42,731 bases of DNA. It comes from Bifidobacteriaceae bacterium (GTDB lineage: Bacteria; Actinomycetota; Actinomycetes; Actinomycetales; WQXJ01). Positions within the stretch are counted from its first letter, which is position 1. Each line of letters begins with the position of its first letter. The stretch spans positions 1 through 42,731 of the forward strand of contig JAISBQ010000088.1 of NCBI GenBank assembly GCA_031266115.1. Reading direction: 5' to 3'. This document shows, piece after piece, positions 17,335-25,395 of this stretch. The position numbers and the translations under genes are program-made. The notes below the pieces were generated by a model. The model made no database searches. It was not told the origin of the DNA and was given only the letters and a program-made list of their open reading frames with translations.

Positions 17335-18770
17335 CCAACCATCACCTTGTCGCCCACGTCCAACGTTCCGGGCACCTCAGGCGCAACCTCCGCCGTTCCA
17401 TCTACCACCATCCCCACGTGGACCGCGACCTCTCTCATAGAGCCTTCATCAGCGGACACAGTCACGGACTGCACACCGTCCGCGCCATCATGGACCGCTA
17501 TTAGAGGGACAACGAGGACCGGGCCGTCAGTAGACCCAAGGGTGACTGTGACCCGAACATCCAATCCCGACCAACTCACATCAAGTGGGGCGTCCGTGTC
17601 CACCACCAACGGATAACCCGACAGCTGCTGCACTACGTCCTCCGCAGACTCTCCCAAGGACGAGCCAGCAGGCCTGAAGACACCCACCTCGCCCACCGTC
17701 CCACCTGCTTCACGAGCGTTCACATCATCGTCAACGCGAACTCTTAGCCCGGCTCGCAGCCCTCCCTGCGACCCTTGTGGGACCACGGCCTGAATCCTTG
17801 GGACTCCCGTGATGAGCGTCGCGACCTGACCCCCTGCGGCGACAATGTCATCCCCGACGGCAGAAGTCACTTCCCGAACGATCGCGGGTAGCTTCGCCAC
17901 GAAGACAATCTCCGCGAGGGGAAGACATACCCCTGCAGCACTCTGTACCGCCGCCAAGGCTGCCTCCGCTTCGGCAAGGTCAGCCTTGCTGTATCTGACT
18001 TGCTGGCGCATTTGCGCGATATCAGCTGCCGACGCCGTCGCTCCGCTTCCAGGTGTCGAATCGCTCTCTGGTGCGCCAGCCGTGGCCTCTCCTTCCAATT
18101 TTGATTCCACCCTTGCCTCAATCATCGCCGAAAGCGTCGCACGATCACTCACAAGCTTACGCTCGGCACTGGTCACTGTCGCTTCTGCAGCCTCAATGAA
18201 CGAACCAGTCTCCGCGAGCAGATCCTCGGTAGTCCACGCCTTGTAACCCGCCGACCGATAAAACTCCCTCACAGACCTCTGCGTCGACACATCAAACGAC
18301 CCAGTCTCCCCTTCGCCATCAAGGTGACCTAGGTCCACCAGTGCCTTCTGCACCTGCCGGACATCAACACCTTCGTCACCGGGAACTATATCGCGATATG
18401 CCGGGACCGTACCAGGAAGGACGAACAACGGCCGACCCGCCACTCCCGCAACTACTCCCCCAGACGCCACACTCTCCCCAGCCTCAACAGGCAATCTCGT
18501 CACAATCCCGCGAAGCCTCTCCGACTGGACCTTCACGACGACAGTATCCGACTCCACCACCGTTCCCCGCACCACAAGGGACGAGGTCAGGTCCCGAATC
18601 GCGACCGGTTCGGTCAACGGGGCCTGCGTCGGGGGCCGTGATGACGCGAGTTGCTGGGCAGGCGATCGAATCGCCAGCCCAGCAATATGCCCGCCAAGAG
18701 ACACAGCCAACGCGCTCAAAGCTACCGTCAACAACACGCGGTCCCGCTTCACTATCCCCATCGCTCTCAA
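17331..18770 (-). CDS. HlyD/MacA-type membrane-fusion adaptor with embedded peptidoglycan-binding domain
   Basis: N-terminal TM (VLLTVALSALAVSLGG). PG_binding_1-like segment GDEGVDVRQVQKALVDLGHLDGEGETGSFDVSTQRSVREFYRSAGY. Coiled-coil stretch (AEATVTSAERKLVSDRATL...IAQMRQQVRYSKADLAEAEAALAAVQ). Beta-barrel-like C-terminal part. ATGA overlap with the upstream lipoprotein at 18767-18770. Confidence 0.75.
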   Translation of the reverse strand: MRAMGIVKRDRVLLTVALSALAVSLGGHIAGLAIRSPAQQLASSRPPTQAPLTEPVAIRDLTSSLVVRGTVVESDTVVVKVQSERLRGIVTRLPVEAGESVASGGVVAGVAGRPLFVLPGTVPAYRDIVPGDEGVDVRQVQKALVDLGHLDGEGETGSFDVSTQRSVREFYRSAGYKAWTTEDLLAETGSFIEAAEATVTSAERKLVSDRATLSAMIEARVESKLEGEATAGAPESDSTPGSGATASAADIAQMRQQVRYSKADLAEAEAALAAVQSAAGVCLPLAEIVFVAKLPAIVREVTSAVGDDIVAAGGQVATLITGVPRIQAVVPQGSQGGLRAGLRVRVDDDVNAREAGGTVGEVGVFRPAGSSLGESAEDVVQQLSGYPLVVDTDAPLDVSWSGLDVRVTVTLGSTDGPVLVVPLIAVHDGADGVQSVTVSADEGSMREVAVHVGMVVDGTAEVAPEVPGTLDVGDKVMVG

Positions 18771-19759
18771 CCCGTCTGGGCCGGTGAAGCCGGCATCCCT
18801 CTCAGGTAGCTCTCGATCTCTCCAACCAGCTCGTCCAGGGCACCGCGGTTCGCATCGATATATTCCTGGTCATAGGCTGCTTGTATCCCCGCTGCTCTTC
18901 CTATCAGGTTCGTTTCAATCTTACACTCCACGTCGACGACCGCCGTAGCACTCGAGGCCTCGCCACCATAACTGCTCGAGATGGCATCAATCGGACTCGC
19001 ATAGTCGAGTCCCTGGCCATTCATACACTCCGACCAATCGCTCACGGCCTCTTCGTATCGAGAATCACCCGCGGCCAGTACCGGTCCCCCGTCAGGGAGT
19101 CCACTTGCTTCCAGAAGAATCATAGGCGTATCACCCCCGGGAAGTGATTCGAGTACTTCGCCTTCGCAGGAACTCACCACACTCTGATCACTATCGGTAC
19201 CCGCACGCATATTCAAGCCATCGGGAGTCACAGGAGGTCGGGCGTACCCGTAGATAGGTGCATTCACAGGGTCGAAAAAGCCCCAAAGAGAAGACCGAAC
19301 AACCCGATCGCGCACCCGCCCCTCGATGAACGAGACAACGTCAGACGAGTCATCGTATCCGTAAGACGCTGCGACGCCAGCTCTTGCGAGACACTCAGTC
19401 ACGGCCGCTACACGCGCGACTTCGATCGCCACTATCTGCGAGGCTGTCGGCAAATAGGCGTCCATTGGGCGAACAACCTGCGCTGGATCTGTCACAACAC
19501 TCGGAGGAGCCGTGAGAACCGGCTGCGACCCCACGGGCGCCGAGCCCGTCGGCGTCGTACCAGACCACCTGGAACTATCGCCTTCGCTGCACGCTCCCAC
19601 CAGCAAGCCGAGGCCAAGCGCAGCGGGCAACAGCACAGCGCGCGTTAGCAAGCGCCCGGGCGCCCCCGATAAGCGCCCGCGCACCCCACCGACCGTCTCA
19701 CGCACTTCACCAACTCCTCCGCGTCGAGCCACTGCTATTCGCAATACCGTGCCATCCAT
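18767..19759 (-). CDS. Secreted lipoprotein, unknown function (four-Cys), first gene of the ABC module
   Basis: Signal peptide with lipobox LLVGAC. The mature part has two Cys pairs (TECLARAGV...SSCEGE and WSECMNGQGL...VECKIE). The start codon is uncertain because of a long basic N-region. Confidence 0.75.
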   Translation of the reverse strand: MDGTVLRIAVARRGGVGEVRETVGGVRGRLSGAPGRLLTRAVLLPAALGLGLLVGACSEGDSSRWSGTTPTGSAPVGSQPVLTAPPSVVTDPAQVVRPMDAYLPTASQIVAIEVARVAAVTECLARAGVAASYGYDDSSDVVSFIEGRVRDRVVRSSLWGFFDPVNAPIYGYARPPVTPDGLNMRAGTDSDQSVVSSCEGEVLESLPGGDTPMILLEASGLPDGGPVLAAGDSRYEEAVSDWSECMNGQGLDYASPIDAISSSYGGEASSATAVVDVECKIETNLIGRAAGIQAAYDQEYIDANRGALDELVGEIESYLRGMPASPAQTG

Positions 19760-19805
19760 CCTAGTTCACAACAATCCTATCTATCAACGCAGAGCCGGAA
19801 CAGTG

Positions 19806-20156
19806 CTAATCCACATGGATCTGCACTATCCTTGCGAGAGACTGGGGAAATGGATCGCTCGCCCATTTTCCGAAATACCTCGTATATCTGGATGAATTCC
19901 AGTAGTACGCGAAAGAACCAGCGTTGTTGCCAGCTCGAAATGCACCAACATTGTAGAGCTCGACCAAGACGTTTCCGCTGTTCGCCCAGCAGGTGGTTGC
20001 ATCGGAATAGAGAGTGAGCCAGTCGTTGCGCGAGCCGCATGGGTTGATGCGATTGATCGCGTAGGCGCCGTTCGCGCCTAAAGCAATAGACAAGAAAGAG
20101 GCGAGCAACGCCCCGACGAAGAGTCTGAGCGCTGAGCGGGTTAGCCGTTGTTTCAT
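19806..20156 (-). CDS. Small Sec-secreted two-Cys protein, probable Streptomyces killer-toxin-like (SKLP) / AFP1-like family
   Basis: 116 aa with GGAAGGA 7 nt upstream of ATG 20156. A 33-aa signal peptide ends AYA, leaving an 83-aa mature protein starting INRINPCGSRNDWLTLYSDATTCWANSGNVLVELYNVGAFRAGNNAGSFAY. The INR..C, TxC[FW]AN[AS]G and GNN motifs match the ~85-aa Streptomyces killer-toxin-like/antifungal proteins as I remember them. Local G+C is low: 46 percent by hand count over 19861-19960. Confidence 0.55.
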   Translation of the reverse strand: MKQRLTRSALRLFVGALLASFLSIALGANGAYAINRINPCGSRNDWLTLYSDATTCWANSGNVLVELYNVGAFRAGNNAGSFAYYWNSSRYTRYFGKWASDPFPQSLARIVQIHVD

Positions 20157-20214
20157 GGTTTGATCCTTCCGCGAGACAGTAATCTGGGTCCCAATGGTCG
20201 CCTGTCAGAGCCGA

Positions 20215-20241
20215 CGCTCCGACACTGCCGCCTTCGGAGCG
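20215..20241 (-). terminator. GC-rich hairpin between the two small-protein genes
   Basis: cgctccga / tcggagcg form an 8-bp perfect stem with an 11-nt loop. There is no clear U-tract, so function is uncertain. Confidence 0.2.
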
Positions 20242-20307
20242 CCCACACGCGCACAGAGGAATTGCCAGGCTTGGTGACGAGGGCGCCGTCGGCCAAGACG
20301 CCAATAG

Positions 20308-20658
20308 TCATAGGATAGTGATATTCAGGACGGTGTTAAGGTCACGGCTATAGGTGACCGCACTCCACTTCGCAAAGTGAGCAATAACAGGAGTGTTTCG
20401 GGAATTGAAGCTGAAATACCCGGCATTGTTTCCGCTTCTGAATGCGCCTATATTGTAGAGCCTGACCGAAACGTTTCCGCCGTTCGCCCAGCAGGTGGTT
20501 GCATCAGAATAGAAGATCAGCTAGTCGTGACGCGAGCCGCACGGGTTGATACGGTTGATCGCCTGGGCGCTGGCCAGACCGACCGACGCCGAAAGAACGA
20601 ACGCGAGAGTTACCGAGAGTAAGACCCGTATGGATCGCGGTGATCGCAGTGCTGCCAT
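20308..20658 (-). pseudogene. Paralog of 19806-20156 interrupted by an in-frame amber codon
   Basis: GAAAGG lies 7 nt upstream of ATG 20658, and a 33-aa signal peptide ends AQA. My translation is INRINPCGSRHD-TAG-LIFYSDATTCWANGGNVSVRLYNIGAFRSGNNAGYFSF...LNITIL-TGA. The TAG at 20521-20523 sits exactly where copy 1 has Trp (TGG). The frame is otherwise intact through the stop at 20308. Confidence 0.7.
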
Positions 20659-20707
20659 AGCCAAGCCTTTCGATGTTGACGCTGGGTCGTCATGCCCACT
20701 GGTGGCA

Positions 20708-20737
20708 AATGTAGTTCTCGACACGAGTCGGCGTCAA
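20708..20737 (-). promoter_or_regulatory. Candidate sigma-A-type promoter upstream of the small-protein/ABC cluster
   Basis: On the minus strand: TTGACG (20737-20732), an 18-nt spacer, then TACATT (20713-20708), about 50 nt upstream of ATG 20658. Confidence 0.3.
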
Positions 20738-21264
20738 GGGGGTCAGAGTACCCATCGGCTCCCGCGCGTGGCGAATCTGGTCCGTGCCTTGTCGTTGATC
20801 TCCGACCCGAAACCCATTCTTGACTTCGATCCCTGTCACCGAGAGTACCGGGGTTGGCGCTCGGTGCGATGGTGACAGACCTGATATCCCCTGCGGACGT
20901 CGGATTTGGGCAAGTGGTGCCAGGGTGAGGTGGCATGGGCCGTTCATGTCGTGGGCCCTGGTTCGTGGAGCGTTTTCCCTGGTCAACGCTCCTATTCACT
21001 AGGCTGCGTGGGCCAGCATCTGGATCGAGGTAGGTTCGCGTCCTCAGGGCGCACGACATGGATACCCCGCGAGGTGGCGGCCGGGTTGCGTTCGCGCCCG
21101 GCGTCCGGTCGCCGCAACACTCGGGGTCGCGCGCATTCGTCACGTGATCGCCAAGAGGACCGATTCCGTCGAACTCGGGCCCTCTCCGCCCGGAGTCATC
21201 TGACGCGCGAGCCCGGGACCCCGGTCACCGTCCAGGCACACCAGGGCCCATTAGGGTAGAAGGC

Positions 21265-23496
21265 GTGTTCAACCGCCTGGCGCGAGGGATCGCCCGCCAC
21301 CCGCTGTGGACCATCGTCGCCTGGCTCGGCATCGCCGCCGCCAGCATCGCGCTCGCCACCGTGGGTGTCACCGGGCAGTCGCTCTTCGACAGGGTCAACT
21401 CGGGAGAACCGGTCGCGGTTGATTCGGAGTCCACGCGCGCGGACACGATCATCGCCGACGCCTCCACCACGGGGCAATCGCTCACCCTGATCATCGGCAA
21501 CGTGGACATGGCCGACCCCCAGCAGGTTGCCTCGCTGACACCGCCGATGGCGCAGGGCGCCGAGACCCTCGCCGCGACGCCCGGCGTGGCCTCGGCCGTC
21601 ACGCCTGTGATCCTCCCGGACGGACCCGCCAACCCGGCCGCCGCCCCGCTGCTCGCCGCGAACGGCCGCGGGTTGCTCATGGTGGTCGAACTGGATAAGG
21701 ACCTCGACGCGAATGCCGAGTCCGATGCCGTGGACCGCGTAGTCGCCGAGCTGGACACCGTCGCCGCCGCCGTCCGCGACGCCGTGCCCGATGCCACCTC
21801 ATCGGTGGGCGGCGCCCCCCTCATCGCCGACGCGATCATCGGCCAAATGGAGAAGGATCTGACCACGGGCGAGCTGGTCGCCCTGCCCATCGCGCTCATC
21901 GTCATGGTGGTGGTGTTCGCCGGTTTCGCCGCAGCCTTCATGCCGCTGTTCGCCGCCCTCGCCGCAATCGCCAGCGCACTCGGTGCACTGTTCGCCACCA
22001 CGTACATCACCGATGTCCACACCTCGGTGATCAACGTCGTCACCATCATCGGCGTCGGTTTGTCGATCGATTACGGACTCCTGATTGTTTCCCGGTTCCG
22101 TGAGGAATTGAGAGCGCGTTCGTCCGGGGATCGCACCCATCGCACCGCGCATCTCACGGTACGTGCCCTCAGCGCCACGCTGGCCACCGCCGGGCGCACG
22201 GTCACATTCTCCGCGCTGACCATCGCCGCCTCGGTGGCCGGGCTTGTGGCCTTCAAACCGTCCATCCTGAGGACATACGGGCTGGCCGGCTTCGTCATCG
22301 TGGTCATCGCCCTGTTGACCGCCATCACGCTGGTCCCAGCCTGCCTCGCGCTGCTCGGCGAACGCATGGCCCGACCGTCGATCCTCGCCCGGATCCCCGT
22401 GATCGGGCGAGCGTTTCGTCACCGCGCCGAGATTGCCCCCGAAACCGGCGTCTTCTCCCGCCTCGCGAGCGCCGTGCAGGGCAAGCCGTGGGTCGTCATC
22501 GTCGGTGTGCTCGCGGTGTTAGGCCTGTTGGCTAGCCCGGCCATGCACATGTCGGTCCACTCCTCCACCGTGGAGTTCCTGCCCGCGAAGTCGGACCAAC
22601 GCCAATGGCTGGAACAACTCCGCAGCGAATACCCGGCCACCGCGACAGCCCCGATCATCCTCGTCAGCCTTGGTGATGCGGACCAGACCCAAGCCTTTGC
22701 GGACGATGACGTCGCCTCCCTGGACGCTGTCAGTTCCGTGACCACGGTCCCGCGCGACGGCTACACCGAGGTCCGCGTCACGCTCACCACCGACGATCCC
22801 CAGGGCGCCGAGGCCCGCCAGGCCGTCGCCGACATCCGGGCGCTGAACCCCGGTTTCGAGGTGCTGGTCACGGGCCAGGCCGGCCAGCTCGCGGACTACA
22901 TGGACCAGCTCGCGGCGGGCGCACCATGGGCGGCGGTGATCGTCGCCCTGGCCACCTTGCTGCTGCTGTTCGCCATGACCGGGTCCGTGCTCATCCCCAT
23001 CAAGGCGCTGATCACCAACGTCCTTTCTCTTGGCGCCTGCATGGGCGTGTTGACGTGGATATTCCAGGACGGCCACCTCGCCGGCCAGCTCGGTTTCACG
23101 CCCCAATCGGGGATCGAAAGCTACATCGTGGTGCTCCTGATGATTTTTGGCTTCGGCCTCGCCATGGACTACGAGATGTTCCTCATTTCCCGCATCAAGG
23201 AAAGCTGGGACGCGGGGATGGATTCGGGCGCGGCCGTCCGCCAGGGGTTACAACGCTCGGGCCGAATCATCACCTCGGCGGCCCTCATCATCATCGTGGT
23301 ATTCGCGGGGTTTGCGGCGGGACAACTGGTCATCATCAAGCAGATCGGCGTGGGCCTGGCGATCGCCGTCGCGCTGGATGCCACCTTGATCCGGATGCTG
23401 CTCGTCCCAGCGACGATGACGGTCCTCGGCCGCTGGAATTGGTGGTCACCCACGTGGATGGCGGGCCTACGCGACCGGATGCGCCTGTCGCACTGA
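21265..23496 (+). CDS. MMPL-family (RND superfamily) membrane transporter
   Basis: 743 aa with a GTG start and a two-fold architecture of TM, extracytoplasmic loop and five-TM bundle. Contains the paired hallmark motifs GLSIDYGLLIVSRFREEL and GLAMDYEMFLISRIKE. Confidence 0.9.
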   Translation: MFNRLARGIARHPLWTIVAWLGIAAASIALATVGVTGQSLFDRVNSGEPVAVDSESTRADTIIADASTTGQSLTLIIGNVDMADPQQVASLTPPMAQGAETLAATPGVASAVTPVILPDGPANPAAAPLLAANGRGLLMVVELDKDLDANAESDAVDRVVAELDTVAAAVRDAVPDATSSVGGAPLIADAIIGQMEKDLTTGELVALPIALIVMVVVFAGFAAAFMPLFAALAAIASALGALFATTYITDVHTSVINVVTIIGVGLSIDYGLLIVSRFREELRARSSGDRTHRTAHLTVRALSATLATAGRTVTFSALTIAASVAGLVAFKPSILRTYGLAGFVIVVIALLTAITLVPACLALLGERMARPSILARIPVIGRAFRHRAEIAPETGVFSRLASAVQGKPWVVIVGVLAVLGLLASPAMHMSVHSSTVEFLPAKSDQRQWLEQLRSEYPATATAPIILVSLGDADQTQAFADDDVASLDAVSSVTTVPRDGYTEVRVTLTTDDPQGAEARQAVADIRALNPGFEVLVTGQAGQLADYMDQLAAGAPWAAVIVALATLLLLFAMTGSVLIPIKALITNVLSLGACMGVLTWIFQDGHLAGQLGFTPQSGIESYIVVLLMIFGFGLAMDYEMFLISRIKESWDAGMDSGAAVRQGLQRSGRIITSAALIIIVVFAGFAAGQLVIIKQIGVGLAIAVALDATLIRMLLVPATMTVLGRWNWWSPTWMAGLRDRMRLSH

Positions 23497-23580
23497 CGAC
23501 ATCTGGCCCGCTGGTCGTCATCGCCCGCGGTTCACGGGGCTCGTCACCTTCGGGACCCTATGACACCCGCCCGCTTACCG

Positions 23581-25341
23581 TCATCGTCCGCGATCCTCGG
23601 GTTCGGCGTCCACCCCGGCCTCGCGGCGTTGCGTGGGGGTGATGGGTGCCGGAGCGCCGGTCAACGGATCGGCGCCGCGCCCGGACTTGGGGAACGCGAT
23701 GACCTCGCGGATCGAGGGTGCGCCGGCCAGCAGGGCAACGATCCGGTCCCAGCCCATCGCGATGCCGCCGTGGGGGGGTGCGCCGTACTGGAAGGCATCC
23801 AAGAGCCACCCGAACTTCTCCCTGGCCTCGGCCTCCCCGATGCCCATGACGGCGAACACCCGCTCCTGGACGTCGCGACGGTGGATACGGATTGACCCTC
23901 CACCGATCTCGTTGCCGTTGCACACGATGTCGTAGGCGTACGCCAGCGCTTCCCCCGGATCGTCCTCGAACCGGTCCAGCCACTCAGGGGTCGGCGATGT
24001 GAAGGCGTGGTGCACGGCGGTCCAGGCGCCCGACCCGACGGCCACGTCCTCGTCTTCGTCCACGGGCTTGAACAGGGGTGCGTCGACGATCCACACGAAC
24101 GACCACTGCGACTGATCGATCAGCCCCAGCCTCCCGGCGATCTCCACGCGCGCCGCACCGAGCAACGCGCGCGAGGGACCGGCCTTGCCCGCCGCGAAGA
24201 ACACACAGTCTCCCGGCCCGGCGCCGACGGCTCCGGGCAGCGCGTGACGCTCCGCCTCGGACAGGTTCTTCGCGACCGGGCCACCCAGCGTCCCATCCTT
24301 GCCGATCGTCACGTACGCGAGACCTCGGGCCCCGCGCTGCTTGGCCCATTCCTGCCACGCGTCGAAGGTCCGCCGCGGTTGGGACGCCCCACCCGGCATG
24401 ACCACGGCCCCGACATATGGGGCTTGGAACACGCGGAACCCGGTCCCGGCGAACAGCGATGTCACCTCGGTCAATTCCACGCCGAACCGCAAGTCCGGCT
24501 TGTCCGTGCCGAACCGCCGCATCGCCTCGGCATAGGTCATCCGCGCGATGGGCCGGGGAATCTCGACGTCGATGAGTCGCCACACGGCCGCCAGCACATC
24601 CTCACCCACGGTGATGACGTCGTCTTGATCGACGAACGACATCTCGATGTCCAGTTGGGTGAACTCGGGTTGGCGGTCAGCCCGGAAATCCTCGTCCCGG
24701 TAGCACCGCGCTAGCTGGTAGTAACGCTCCATTCCCGCGACCATGAGTAGCTGCTTGAACAACTGGGGCGACTGTGGCAGGGCGTACCAACACCCCGGGG
24801 CAAGACGTGCGGGGACAAGGAAGTCCCGTGCCCCTTCGGGTGTCGAGTGGGTCAACGTGGGCGTCTCGATCTCGGTGAACCCGTGATCGTCCAGCACGCG
24901 TCGGGCCGCGCGACCCACATCGGACCGCAACCGCAGTGCCGCACCCGGCGCCGTCCGGCGCAGGTCGAGGTATCGGTATCGCAGCCGTGTCTCCTCCCCC
25001 ACGTCGATGTGATCGTCGATCTGGAACGGCAGCGGTGCGCACGCATTGAGGACGATGACGTCGCTCGCCAGCACTTCCACCGCGCCTGAGGCTAGGGCCG
25101 GGTTCTCGTTGCCATCCGGCCTGCGCCGAACCGTCCCCACCACTTGGACGACATATTCGCTGCGCAACTCATGCGCGAGGCCCTCATCGTGGATGACCAC
25201 TTGGGCCAGACCGCTCGCGTCGCGCAGGTCGATGAACGCGACACCTCCATGATCACGCCGTGACGCGACCCAGCCGGCCACGGTGACGGTTCGGTCGATG
25301 TCGGCGGCCCGAAGCCGTCCGGCGTAGTCAGTGCGCAGCAC
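23581..25341 (-). CDS. aspS: Aspartate--tRNA ligase
   Basis: N-terminal OB fold ([26 protein letters not shown]), class II motifs ([24 protein letters not shown]; GGGSIRIH) and GAD insertion. 586 aa. Confidence 0.95.
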   Translation of the reverse strand: MLRTDYAGRLRAADIDRTVTVAGWVASRRDHGGVAFIDLRDASGLAQVVIHDEGLAHELRSEYVVQVVGTVRRRPDGNENPALASGAVEVLASDVIVLNACAPLPFQIDDHIDVGEETRLRYRYLDLRRTAPGAALRLRSDVGRAARRVLDDHGFTEIETPTLTHSTPEGARDFLVPARLAPGCWYALPQSPQLFKQLLMVAGMERYYQLARCYRDEDFRADRQPEFTQLDIEMSFVDQDDVITVGEDVLAAVWRLIDVEIPRPIARMTYAEAMRRFGTDKPDLRFGVELTEVTSLFAGTGFRVFQAPYVGAVVMPGGASQPRRTFDAWQEWAKQRGARGLAYVTIGKDGTLGGPVAKNLSEAERHALPGAVGAGPGDCVFFAAGKAGPSRALLGAARVEIAGRLGLIDQSQWSFVWIVDAPLFKPVDEDEDVAVGSGAWTAVHHAFTSPTPEWLDRFEDDPGEALAYAYDIVCNGNEIGGGSIRIHRRDVQERVFAVMGIGEAEAREKFGWLLDAFQYGAPPHGGIAMGWDRIVALLAGAPSIREVIAFPKSGRGADPLTGAPAPITPTQRREAGVDAEPEDRGR

Positions 25342-25395
25342 TCGGGAACGTCCTTTCCGATTGGGCCCCAGCCGCCGGCTGGGCGCGCCACGATC

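Noticed and set aside
3551-18770. Idea that the giant protein is the substrate of the nearby ABC/adaptor pair, as in a type I secretion system with a giant adhesin
   Set aside because: The giant protein has a normal N-terminal Sec signal and no C-terminal secretion signal or RTX repeats. The transporter is MacB-type, not HlyB-type. rarA separates the two, and no outer duct gene is present. Not excluded, but unsupported.
19806-20156. Possibility that the small secreted proteins are lactococcin-972-family bacteriocins, which are also Sec-dependent with ABC immunity genes
   Set aside because: The mature sequence lacks the Lcn972-type motifs I recall and fits the INR..C / C[FW]AN[AS]G / GNN pattern of another family. 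Only the locus logic is analogous.
20610-21143. 177-aa ORF in the divergent region between the small-protein genes and MmpL
   Set aside because: It has no RBS, odd composition and no motif, and it overlaps the signal-peptide coding part of copy 2. I treat it as non-coding control region.
23494-23520. 7-bp stem hairpin (tgacgac...gtcgtca) at the convergent MmpL/aspS ends
   Set aside because: The stem is short, the loop is 13 nt and there is no U-tract. It is too weak to call a terminator.
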